From a bacterium (GTDB taxonomy: Bacteria; Margulisbacteria; WOR-1; O2-12-FULL-45-9; XYB2-FULL-48-7): 47,520 nt of DNA. Where the stretch lies: NCBI GenBank assembly GCA_043812655.1, contig JBDRLW010000020.1, positions 1 to 47,520 of the forward strand, read 5' to 3'. Below the pieces are notes generated by a model. It made no database searches. It was not told the origin of the DNA and saw only the letters and a program-made list of their open reading frames with translations. Shown here piece after piece: positions 26,904 to 35,608 of the stretch. A program made the position numbers and the translations under genes. Positions within the stretch are counted from its first letter, which is position 1. Each line of letters starts with the position of its first letter.

Positions 26904-27566
26904 CTATTTTTGTCCGTGTTCGTATTCCAAGCAGCACATGAGCCGGCCGCAGACACCGGCCGTTTTGGTCGGCGACATCGCCAGTCCCTGTTCTTTAACC
27001 ATTTTTACCGTCACGTGTTTCGGTTTATTCAGCCAAACCGAGCAACAAAGCGACCGTCCGCACGCCCCCATCCCCCCGAATAACCGCGTTTCGTCGCGCG
27101 GCGAAAGCTGGCGCATATCAACCCTAGCTGAAAAAGTCACCGACAGGTCCCGCGATAAATCCCTAACATTCGGCCCTTTCTCTCCGGCGCTTGAACGGTA
27201 GTAAACAATTATCCTGCTCTGGTCAAAAATGACTTCGATATCAATGATCTTGATTTTTAACTCGTGTTCTTTTACTTTTTGCGCCGCGATCTCTAAATAT
27301 TTGCATTCTGATTCCCCGATCTCTTTTTCTTTGGCCAGGTCTTCCGATGTCGCGTAACGAATAACTTTTTTTAGCCGTATATCACGGGAAAGGGCCCTGG
27401 TCACGCCGCTCAGCAAAGACACGATCTCGCCGTACTCCACGCCCCGGTCGGTCTGGACGATAACAGGCGCGCCGACTTTGATCGACTCTTCCCTGTAACC
27501 TGTGATCGGGCAGACCCGATTGAACTTGCGCAATTTGATCCCTAATTTTATATGATGTTCTGTCAT
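26904..27566 (-). CDS. ricT: PSP1/RicT (YaaT) family protein
   Basis: VIVQTDRGVEYG, GACGRSLCC, GVCGRLMCCL.YE; follows holB as in many Terrabacteria. Confidence 0.9.
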   Translation of the reverse strand: MTEHHIKLGIKLRKFNRVCPITGYREESIKVGAPVIVQTDRGVEYGEIVSLLSGVTRALSRDIRLKKVIRYATSEDLAKEKEIGESECKYLEIAAQKVKEHELKIKIIDIEVIFDQSRIIVYYRSSAGEKGPNVRDLSRDLSVTFSARVDMRQLSPRDETRLFGGMGACGRSLCCSVWLNKPKHVTVKMVKEQGLAMSPTKTAGVCGRLMCCLEYEHGQK

Positions 27567-28240
27567 GTTTCATTCATCCTTAAACAAGCAACGTCAAGAG
27601 CCAGCTTAAAGTTCGCTCTCTTCTTAATATTCTTAACCGCGTCAAGGAGCGCCCTGGTGATTTTTATATCGCCTAAACTTTCTTTCGCAAAAAGCGCTAG
27701 ATCATATAAAACCGCTTCGATCCGCTCTTTCTCTTTTTCCAGCTTCGCCGACAAGGCAAAGAGCTCAACCACGTTTTTCTTCTTGACCTGCTTGATCTCT
27801 TCGTACCATTCAACCATTTCGGGCTTCGGCTCCCATTTGACCAATTTCTCGCCGAACAAGATCTTCTGGCAGCGCGACGCGATCGTCGGCATTATCTTGT
27901 CCGGCTTGGCTACCAACAAAATAAAGACAACTTTGGGCGGCGGCTCTTCCAGCGTCTTCAAAAAGGCGCCGGCCGCTTCCATCGTCATATCTTCGGCCGA
28001 CTCAATTACGGCGATAAAATATGGGCTCTTGGTCGGGCCGTAACGGACCACCTGCTGGAGTTCCCGGACCTGTTCGATCTTGATCGACGCGCCATCGGGT
28101 TTCACTTTGATCTGGTCAACCCCGGTCACGCCCAATTTGGCGACAAATTCGTCGGTTTCCGCCTCTTTTCCCGAACCCGGCGGGCCGACAAAGAGGTATC
28201 CCGACGCCACGCGCCTGACCTTCTCTAAAACAGGATGCAC
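27563..28240 (-). CDS. holB: DNA polymerase III delta' subunit (short)
   Basis: YLFVGPPGSGK, IKIEQVREL, LKTLEEPP, TIASRCQ. Confidence 0.88.
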   Translation of the reverse strand: MHPVLEKVRRVASGYLFVGPPGSGKEAETDEFVAKLGVTGVDQIKVKPDGASIKIEQVRELQQVVRYGPTKSPYFIAVIESAEDMTMEAAGAFLKTLEEPPPKVVFILLVAKPDKIMPTIASRCQKILFGEKLVKWEPKPEMVEWYEEIKQVKKKNVVELFALSAKLEKEKERIEAVLYDLALFAKESLGDIKITRALLDAVKNIKKRANFKLALDVACLRMNET

Positions 28241-28246
28241 ATAAAC

Positions 28247-28311
28247 ATTATATCATTTTCGGATTACATTATATACATCAGAGACTTTGAGGATAGCGGC
28301 AGTCACGCGGG
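28247..28311 (-). repeat. Displaced duplicate of the rel 3' end (att-like direct repeat; partner at 29045-29109)
   Basis: Encodes RVTAAILKVSDVYNVIRK* versus RVTAAILKVSDVYNVRRK* in rel; 52/65 nt identical, 27/28 in the core 28284-28311. Confidence 0.9.
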
Positions 28312-28316
28312 AACAA

Positions 28317-28850
28317 TTAAACTTCTTTAATAAGCCTTTCCAATTCAGCGGAAACATTGTGGGATAAGGCTTGGCGGTTTAAGTAGGCTTTTTTCAACTT
28401 TTTACCCTGACGGGCTAAGACCGTCTTAATATCCTCATAATCCCTCGCTCGCCCAATTTTCAATTTGGCAATGATCAGGTCTTCTGGGCTAATAATAGAC
28501 AGTTTTTGGCCAAAAATATTTTTTTGTTTTCGGTTCTCCAAAGCGGTTCTGTCATAACTGGTTTTTGGCAGCCAGCAATCGATCCTAAAATCGTCAAGCT
28601 CCATGGCAAAACGGTTCCCAACTTTAAGGATCGTAGCAATTTCTTTTTCATTATAAAAAAATCCATGCTTTTTAGCCGCAGTTAAAAAGTCCTTGAGCCC
28701 CCCCTTGTTTAAATCAGCGACCAGGTCTATATCCAGGCTTTGCCGCGGATATCCCCAATAAGCAACAGCAAAACCGCCAACTAACATATAAGGGGTTTTA
28801 GTTGTTTTAAAAAGAGCGGTAATTTTAGCTAACAGCTTATCAAAATTCAT
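28317..28850 (-). CDS. Pol-beta-fold nucleotidyltransferase toxin, MenT1/DUF6036-like
   Basis: LVGGFAV..WG.PR.S.DID motif; EDLIIAKL..GR.RD..D. Confidence 0.8.
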   Translation of the reverse strand: MNFDKLLAKITALFKTTKTPYMLVGGFAVAYWGYPRQSLDIDLVADLNKGGLKDFLTAAKKHGFFYNEKEIATILKVGNRFAMELDDFRIDCWLPKTSYDRTALENRKQKNIFGQKLSIISPEDLIIAKLKIGRARDYEDIKTVLARQGKKLKKAYLNRQALSHNVSAELERLIKEV

Positions 28851-29038
28851 ATCTTGCCGACTGATTCGGCTAGTTTATTTAACCTGGCTTTAAACTGCTT
28901 AGACGATAATTTTGCGCCCATCGACGCCCGGGTGATCTTCAGCGCGGCCTGGTAAAGGTCAAAGAAAAGCCGAACAGTTTTCTCTCCGGAGAGCTTTTTC
29001 ATTTTCGTTCTAGTTTTTTCAGCTTCCCACGGTTTCAT
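28847..29038 (-). CDS. Small helical antitoxin candidate, MenA1-like
   Basis: 63 aa, ATGA overlap with the NTase gene, own TATAAT-N6-ATG; EK.VRL..DLY pattern. Confidence 0.65.
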   Translation of the reverse strand: MKPWEAEKTRTKMKKLSGEKTVRLFFDLYQAALKITRASMGAKLSSKQFKARLNKLAESVGKI

Positions 29039-29050
29039 ATTAAAATTATA

Positions 29051-30955
29051 TTACTTCCTTCTCACGTTGTAAACATCCGAAACTTTGAGGATAGCGGCCG
29101 TCACGCGGGCTAAATGGGCGGCGTCGTAGACATCGACTAAAATGCGCAGGATCGCGGAACTGCCGCGCTTGGTCGTCGCCTTGGCGGCCGCGACGTTGGT
29201 CCCGGTCTCGGCGATCTGGGCCAAAATGTCTTTTATGAGACCGACCCGGTCAAAGGCTTCCACTTCCACCTCAACCGGGAACAATTGTTTTATATTTTCG
29301 TTCCATTCAACCTTGATCAGTTTCTCGCTATTGGCTTTCTTGCCAATGACATTTTTACAGGTCGTCCGGTGGATCGCCACCCCCCGCCCTTGTGTCACGT
29401 AGCCAATGATCGGCTCGCCTGGTATCGGGAAACAACATTTAGAGATCTTTATTAAAATATTTTCAAGCCCCGCTACTTTGATCGGCATTTTTGACTTGCC
29501 TTTACGCTGTGGCACTGGCAAAGGTTTAACTATTGTTTCTTTTATAATTATGGGAACCGTTTCCGCCTTGACCTCACCTTTGTGTTTCTTGACCCAATTT
29601 TTTATTTTCACCCGGGCACCTGCGGTTTTCACCAAAAGGAGCCAATCAAGGCTCGGGTTGTCTTTTTTCCCGGTAATGATCTCAATAATATCGCCATTTT
29701 TTAGTTTATAATCGAGCGGGACGATCGCCCCGCCAACTTTGGCGCCAACACAGCGGTGGCCGATCTCGGTGTGGACCCGGTAGGCAAAATCAAGCGGCGT
29801 TGCTCCCGGCGGAAAACCATAAACATCCCCTTTGGGGGAAAAAACAAAAACCTCGTCCATGATAAGATCGGTCTTAAGGCTCTCCATAAAATCAGTGGCG
29901 TCTTTTAGTTCGTTCTGCCACTCCAGCATCTGCCGGAGCCAAGACATTTTTTGGTCGAGAGTTTTATCGGTTCCCCCTTCTTTATATCGCCAATGCGCCG
30001 CTACGCCATATTCAGCGGTCCGATGCATCTCGCGCGTCCTGATCTGGATCTCGACCGGCCGGCCGTCCGCGCCAAATACGGTTGTATGGAGCGATTGGTA
30101 ACCATTCGATTTTGGCATCGCGATATAGTCGGTAAATTTGCCGGGGATCGGCTTCCAGGAATCGTGGATAAAACCTAAAACATTGTAACAATCTTTGACC
30201 GTCCCGGTAATGATCCTGACCGCGGTCAGGTCAAAGATATCTTCAAAACCAAGGCGCTGGCTCAACATTTTTTGGTAGATGCTGTAAAAATGTTTCGCCC
30301 GGCCATTGACCTCGGCCTTGATATTATAGTTATCAAGTAATTCCCTGACCTGGGCAAGAAAATCCTTGATAAAAGTTTCACGGCCTTCCCTGCTTTCCGC
30401 TACTTTCTTTTTTATCTCTTCATAAGCGGCCGGTTCTAGGTACATAAAAGATAGGTCCTCAAGTTGCCACTTTAGCCGCCACATCCCCATCCTATGGGCC
30501 AAGGGAGCAAAGATCTCTCGGGTTTCCAGCGCGATCTCTAGCTGCTTATCAGTCGGTAAAAATTGCAGGGTCTGCATATTATGGAGGCGGTCGGCAAGTT
30601 TTATGACGATGATCCGGTAATCTTCGCCCATCGCCACGAACATTTTGCGGAAATTCTCGGCTTGCCTGGCTTCCCGGCTGACAAAAGTCAGATGGCTCAG
30701 CTTGGTCACCCCGGCGACCAGCTTGGCCACATCTTCACCAAACATCTTTTTGATCTCTTCGATAGTAACGTTGGCATCTTCAACCAGGTCGTGGAGGTAG
30801 GCGGCAGCAATAGTTTTAGGGTCTTGTTCTAAGTCTTCTAATATTTTGGCCACAGCCATGGGATGGGTGATATACGGTTCGCCTGACAACCGCTTATCCC
30901 CCTCATGTTTTAATTTAGCAAACTCGTAAGCTTTTTCTACTAATGGGTCGGTCAT
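29051..30955 (-). CDS. relA: Bifunctional (p)ppGpp synthetase/hydrolase Rel
   Basis: HD hydrolase (LHDLVED), synthetase (YQSLHT, EIQIRT), TGS (DFAYRVHT), CC..PG zinc finger, ACT. Confidence 0.95.
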   Translation of the reverse strand: MTDPLVEKAYEFAKLKHEGDKRLSGEPYITHPMAVAKILEDLEQDPKTIAAAYLHDLVEDANVTIEEIKKMFGEDVAKLVAGVTKLSHLTFVSREARQAENFRKMFVAMGEDYRIIVIKLADRLHNMQTLQFLPTDKQLEIALETREIFAPLAHRMGMWRLKWQLEDLSFMYLEPAAYEEIKKKVAESREGRETFIKDFLAQVRELLDNYNIKAEVNGRAKHFYSIYQKMLSQRLGFEDIFDLTAVRIITGTVKDCYNVLGFIHDSWKPIPGKFTDYIAMPKSNGYQSLHTTVFGADGRPVEIQIRTREMHRTAEYGVAAHWRYKEGGTDKTLDQKMSWLRQMLEWQNELKDATDFMESLKTDLIMDEVFVFSPKGDVYGFPPGATPLDFAYRVHTEIGHRCVGAKVGGAIVPLDYKLKNGDIIEIITGKKDNPSLDWLLLVKTAGARVKIKNWVKKHKGEVKAETVPIIIKETIVKPLPVPQRKGKSKMPIKVAGLENILIKISKCCFPIPGEPIIGYVTQGRGVAIHRTTCKNVIGKKANSEKLIKVEWNENIKQLFPVEVEVEAFDRVGLIKDILAQIAETGTNVAAAKATTKRGSSAILRILVDVYDAAHLARVTAAILKVSDVYNVRRK

Positions 30956-31596
30956 CGTTTATAACGGCTGCGGTCCATCACCCCTATCCCCGGCGGGATG
31001 GCGCTCCGGCGATGGTCCGGCTGCCTGCGAACATTGTCCCTGGGAGGCGGCACTTGCGGCTTCTGGCCGCCCGAAGAGCGGATCGCGATCAAAACTTTGC
31101 ACGAGTTTTCGAGCGAGGAAGCATATTTATAAGCTTCTTCCAGGTTCTCGCCAATAGCAAACGCTCCGTGCCCTTTAACCACCGCCACCACGTTAGGGGG
31201 TTGGAGAAAGGTCGGCAGAAGCCTGGCCACTTCTTCCGAACCGATCGACTGGTGCGCCCGGACGATCGCCGCTGATTTGTAGAGATATTGGCCCTCAGAA
31301 TCTTGCGGGATTATTTTATTGTCGGTAATGGAAACGGCGATCGCACTGGCTGAATGGGTATGGACGATCGCCAAGGCCTTCGTCTCTTTATAGATCGCCC
31401 GGTGGACAATAATTTCCCGCGAGGCGTTTTCATCATCACCTTCGACAATATCATTTTCCTTAAGATCCCCCAGCATCGCGTTTCGCCTGGTAATATAAAT
31501 TTTGTCGTCCTTCTTGATGCTCATATTCCCGCCATGGGAATCGACCAGCCCTTCCCGAAACATTAATTCGCCTATCCGTCTAAATTCTTCCAGCAT
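30952..31596 (-). CDS. Class II aldolase/adducin family protein
   Basis: GGNMS, ASREI.VH..IY, VHTHS, VKGHG. Confidence 0.88.
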   Translation of the reverse strand: MLEEFRRIGELMFREGLVDSHGGNMSIKKDDKIYITRRNAMLGDLKENDIVEGDDENASREIIVHRAIYKETKALAIVHTHSASAIAVSITDNKIIPQDSEGQYLYKSAAIVRAHQSIGSEEVARLLPTFLQPPNVVAVVKGHGAFAIGENLEEAYKYASSLENSCKVLIAIRSSGGQKPQVPPPRDNVRRQPDHRRSAIPPGIGVMDRSRYKR

Positions 31597-32521
31597 GCAT
31601 TTTCTCCTCCTCAAGCGCTTCAAACAATGAGAATCTCCTGACTTCTTCAAATCGATCGACAATTTCCTTGTGTTTCAACCGTTTCATCCTCTCCAAACTA
31701 AAATCTTCAATATTAAACGACGCCATCACCGACCCGATGATCACCGCTTTGCGGAAATTTTCCGGCGAAAGGTCGTCTGTCTTGGCCAAATAGCCGATGA
31801 GCGAACCTCCAAAAGTATCCCCCGCCCCGGTCGGGTCCCTTAGCATCTCTTGCGGATACGATGGCGCCGCGAAAAACGTCGAATCCGTAAAAAATAAAGC
31901 CCCGTGTTCCCCTTTTTTAACAATGACCCCGCGGCACCCAAGCTCGATCAACCGCTTGGCCGCCAGCGGAATGTTTGGCGTCTCCATGAATTGGCGGATC
32001 TCCCCTTCGTTCATCACCATATAGTCAACTTTTTTCACTAATTCATGGAGCGCCGCCCGTTTACTCTCGATCCAAAAGTTCATTGTGTCGGCAATTAAAA
32101 GTTTTGGCCGTTTCATTTGGCTGATAACTTTTAATTGGAGTTCCGGGTCGACATTGGCCAGAAAAACATACGGCGTAGATTGTAAATTGGCCGGCACTTT
32201 CGGGTCGAACTGGCTAAGGACATTTAATTTTGTCTCGAGCGTGTGGGCTTGGTTCATGTCGTATTCATAAAACCCGCCCCAGCGGAAGGTCGGCCCGTCA
32301 ATTTTATGCGCGGCCTCCAGACTGATCTTTCTTGATTCAAGATAAGCGACATGCTCGGCCGGAAAATCGTTCCCGATCGGGCCGATCAGGTTTGTGTCGG
32401 TAAAAAAACTGCTGGCAACGGCCGAATAAACGCCAGAGCCGCCTAAAATATCTTTTTTTTCGCCAAAAGGAGTTTTGATCGAGTCCAGTGCGATCGTCCC
32501 GACAATTAAGACTTTCCCCAT
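31580..32521 (-). CDS. PfkB family sugar/nucleoside kinase
   Basis: LGGSG, KKGEHGA, DPTGAGDTFGG. Confidence 0.92.
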   Translation of the reverse strand: MGKVLIVGTIALDSIKTPFGEKKDILGGSGVYSAVASSFFTDTNLIGPIGNDFPAEHVAYLESRKISLEAAHKIDGPTFRWGGFYEYDMNQAHTLETKLNVLSQFDPKVPANLQSTPYVFLANVDPELQLKVISQMKRPKLLIADTMNFWIESKRAALHELVKKVDYMVMNEGEIRQFMETPNIPLAAKRLIELGCRGVIVKKGEHGALFFTDSTFFAAPSYPQEMLRDPTGAGDTFGGSLIGYLAKTDDLSPENFRKAVIIGSVMASFNIEDFSLERMKRLKHKEIVDRFEEVRRFSLFEALEEEKMHAGRI

Positions 32522-33312
32522 TTTTCCGTTAAGATCTTCGCTTTAGCTGCTGCGCTTTCGATCGCTTCGATCACCGCGCGCGAAAATTCTCTCCTTTCTA
32601 AAACGTTCAAACCTTCGATCGTCGTCCCGCCGGGAGAAGTGACCATCGCCCGAAGTTCTTTGGGCTCGATCCCTGTCTCTTTAACTGCCGCCGCCGCACC
32701 AAAAACCGTTTGCACTGCAAGCTTCGCGGCAATTTTGGCCGGTAAGCCGACTTTCACTCCGCCCGCCGTCATCGCTTCGATCATTTGGTACACATACGCT
32801 GGTCCGGAACCGGATAAACCAGTTGCGCCATCCATCATCTTTTCTGGAATTTCAACGACTTCGCCGACGGAGGCAAAGATCTTTTTAGTAATGCGTAACG
32901 CGTAATGCGTAATACGGGAACCTTTGGCGATCGCTGTTATCCCTGCCCCAACCAGCGCCGGATTATTCGGCATTGCCCTAACGATCTGGCAACCGGGCAA
33001 TTTATCCTGCAAATATTTGGTCGGCACCCCAGCCGCAATCGATATTATTACTTTCCTTAATTTGTCATTTGTCATTTGACATTTGACATTTCCCAAAACT
33101 TCGCCCATCTGCTGTGGTTTCACCGCGAGAACAACCACCTCGCCTGCGCTAAAAGCCGCCGCGTTATCACTCGCGACCGTGATCTTATATTTACGCTTTA
33201 GCGTAGCCAAACGTTTTTTGTCAATGTCAGAGACAATGATAGTGTTGCCGGAAGTTAAACGAGAGAAGATAGCCTCAGCCATCTTCCCTGCGCCTAAAAA
33301 AACGATTTTCAT
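32506..33312 (-). CDS. proC: Pyrroline-5-carboxylate reductase
   Basis: GAGKMA, LAVKPQ, RAMPN, SGSGPAY, VTSPGGTT. Confidence 0.96.
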   Translation of the reverse strand: MKIVFLGAGKMAEAIFSRLTSGNTIIVSDIDKKRLATLKRKYKITVASDNAAAFSAGEVVVLAVKPQQMGEVLGNVKCQMTNDKLRKVIISIAAGVPTKYLQDKLPGCQIVRAMPNNPALVGAGITAIAKGSRITHYALRITKKIFASVGEVVEIPEKMMDGATGLSGSGPAYVYQMIEAMTAGGVKVGLPAKIAAKLAVQTVFGAAAAVKETGIEPKELRAMVTSPGGTTIEGLNVLERREFSRAVIEAIESAAAKAKILTEKWGKS

Positions 33313-33755
33313 CGTGAGAAGAAAGTCTCTCTTCTCCCCCGATCGATCTCCACCTCTTCACCCAAAGAGGCCCGGTCTTCTGACGAGGTGATCGCGATCG
33401 AATTAGGAGTGAATAAAAAGATCGATTCGCCGATCTTCATCATGTGGCCTTCAATAGCATAAGCCGTCCCGCAGACAAAGTCGATCAACCTGGTCCCTTC
33501 TGTCGGATCAAGGTGTTTGAGGTTAACGATCACTGGCGAACCTGATCTCAAGTCGCTTGAAATATTCAATGAATCTTCATAAATCTTAGGCTCATAAAAC
33601 ATGATCGCGCTACTGCCTTCGGCGACGCGCGGCGCCTCTTTTTTACTCCGCAGCATCGAGGTAATATCGAGCTGTTGCCCCCCGCTTCCCCTCTCTTCCA
33701 GCTCTTCTTCCAGTCCGATGAACTTCTTGGCTCTCATTAAAATGCTCTCTACCAT
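33309..33755 (-). CDS. sepF: Cell division protein SepF
   Basis: VIVNL...RLIDFVCG..YAI.G...KIG..IFLFTP. Confidence 0.92.
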   Translation of the reverse strand: MVESILMRAKKFIGLEEELEERGSGGQQLDITSMLRSKKEAPRVAEGSSAIMFYEPKIYEDSLNISSDLRSGSPVIVNLKHLDPTEGTRLIDFVCGTAYAIEGHMMKIGESIFLFTPNSIAITSSEDRASLGEEVEIDRGRRETFFSR

Positions 33756-33758
33756 ATT

Positions 33759-34409
33759 TTATCCTCCAAAAATTCCGCGACCGATCCTAACTAAATTCGA
33801 ACCTTCTTCAACCGCCACTTCATGATCGTCTGTCATCCCCATGGAGAGATATTTCATCTCCACTCCCGGCAGTTTTTCATTGGCGATCTCTTCACTTAAC
33901 TTTTTCAACTGCCGGAAACTTCGCCTCGCTCCCTCTAACCCACCGGACAAGGGACCCATCGTCATTAAACCTTGGATCTTTATTTTTTCAAGTTTAGCAG
34001 CGAACGCGACCAAACCCCCAATTTGGCTCGGACTGACTCCGTATTTTGTCTCATCACCCGATGTATTTACCTCTATTAAAATGGGGACGGGTTTTTCTGC
34101 CCGTTTATTTATTTCTTCGACCAATCGCCGGCTATCAACCGACTGTATTATAGCAAAAGTGTCAAGCGCTTGTCGAACTTTATTCGTCTGCAAGTGGCCG
34201 ATCAAATGGAACGTAACTGCTGGATATTTTTTCTTGATAATTTCGGCTCGTGAGACGGCCTCTTGGATCTTATTTTCACCCAGGTCAGTGATCCCCGCTT
34301 CGATCGCCTCAAAGATTTGCGGTAGGGGCACATTCTTGATCACCGCGACTAACTTTACCCCAGGGAGAAGCTTGGCGCGGATCTTTTCGATGTTTTCTTT
34401 GATTGACAC
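33759..34409 (-). CDS. yggS: PLP homeostasis protein YggS/PipY
   Basis: GENKIQE, HLIGHLQTNK, GLMTM, LSMGMT.D, VRIGR.IFG; GTG start inferred. Confidence 0.93.
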   Translation of the reverse strand: MSIKENIEKIRAKLLPGVKLVAVIKNVPLPQIFEAIEAGITDLGENKIQEAVSRAEIIKKKYPAVTFHLIGHLQTNKVRQALDTFAIIQSVDSRRLVEEINKRAEKPVPILIEVNTSGDETKYGVSPSQIGGLVAFAAKLEKIKIQGLMTMGPLSGGLEGARRSFRQLKKLSEEIANEKLPGVEMKYLSMGMTDDHEVAVEEGSNLVRIGRGIFGG

Positions 34410-34413
34410 TAAT

Positions 34414-35493
34414 TCAATACAATCCGCTCGGGAGATCATTAACGGTCGGTGCCGGAGATTTAACTGTAATTTTTTTCTGTTTATCCTTAGTTGTGAATGG
34501 TTTTATTAGCTTTTGTAAGTCCTTTAAGATGCCAGGGGATTCAGTCCCTTTCGTTAGCGCTGGAGTGGTCGCTAGTGAGGCTGGTCTATACTTGTGGACC
34601 TTATAATGTCCAGGATCTCCGACGTAGACATTGCCCACTGAGTCAACCGCTATCCCTTGTGGGCCAGCGCTGGCAAATTGGCCGTCCCCTTCACCATAAC
34701 CGCCAAACTTAATGCCGTTATCGCCGTTCTCGTCGGTCCTATATATACCGCCCAAACTTCCTTTATCGGCAATGAACAAGTTCCCCTGGTGATCAAAAGT
34801 AATCCCTCGAGCGACAAAACGGTTTGCCTTATTTGCGACCTTAACCTGCCGAATGACTCCTATTAATTCTCCTTCCAAGGAATATTTTTTGATCGCTGAC
34901 TCATCGTTGACGAATAAAACACCCGACGGGTGGACGGCTAAAAATAACGGATGATAAATTTGGTCCTCTCCCCGCCCGAAACTTCCCCATTGTTTAACAT
35001 ATGTCCCATCAGCCGAAAACTTTTGGATCCGGTGATTAAGCTTTGGATTAGCCGGATCATCTCCCGGCTCCGACACATAGATACAGCCTGAAGGATCGAC
35101 GGCTATTCCACCGGGAATATTAAACTGCCCTTCATGCTCCCCAATTGTCCCAAATTCTGTTTCCGTCTGGCCGTTTAAAGATAAAACTTTTGTCTTACAC
35201 CAATCAGCAACGTGTAATTTATTATTAGCCACCGTAAACCCGCGCAATTCACCTTCATAGACCTTTGCAATAAAATTACCATTCTGGTCAAATGCTTGTA
35301 TTTTAAAGCTGTCGCCAACCAATATCTTTCCGGCTGGATCTAGCGCTACGCCAATGATCTTGTCAAATTGGCCATTCTCTTCTCCTTTATTCCCCCACGA
35401 TCTTTCAAATTGATATGCATCCCCATAAGAAGCCTTGATAGCTAAACAAAAAACAACTAAAAACATCACGCCCAGCCATGTTTTCTTTTTCAT
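34414..35493 (-). CDS. Secreted NHL-repeat beta-propeller protein
   Basis: Signal peptide; GQF..P.GIAVD..G..YV repeats. Confidence 0.88.
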   Translation of the reverse strand: MKKKTWLGVMFLVVFCLAIKASYGDAYQFERSWGNKGEENGQFDKIIGVALDPAGKILVGDSFKIQAFDQNGNFIAKVYEGELRGFTVANNKLHVADWCKTKVLSLNGQTETEFGTIGEHEGQFNIPGGIAVDPSGCIYVSEPGDDPANPKLNHRIQKFSADGTYVKQWGSFGRGEDQIYHPLFLAVHPSGVLFVNDESAIKKYSLEGELIGVIRQVKVANKANRFVARGITFDHQGNLFIADKGSLGGIYRTDENGDNGIKFGGYGEGDGQFASAGPQGIAVDSVGNVYVGDPGHYKVHKYRPASLATTPALTKGTESPGILKDLQKLIKPFTTKDKQKKITVKSPAPTVNDLPSGLY

Positions 35494-35608
35494 TTTTCCT
35501 TAACTCCCACTAATAAAAATGCTTCTAAGGCAAAATGATACGCTTTTCCTATATTTAGTCAAGTTTTTGTTGTATTTTTATTTTTACTCTGCTACTATTC
35601 TGTTCATC

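Larger units (their letters stand above)
28312..29109. mobile_element. 798-bp TA islet inserted in the rel 3' end, no recombinase encoded
   Basis: Bounded by the duplicated rel C-terminus; AT-richer than the flanks; exact crossover lies within the repeat. Confidence 0.7.

Noticed and set aside
35519..35608. Upstream extensions given by the ORF track (also trpC 16120, rsmH 16101, rpsB 40204, rpsU 26937, aldolase 31662, ybaB 14019)
   Set aside because: They run through promoters or neighbouring genes; downstream starts fit family N-termini and SD/-10 signals better
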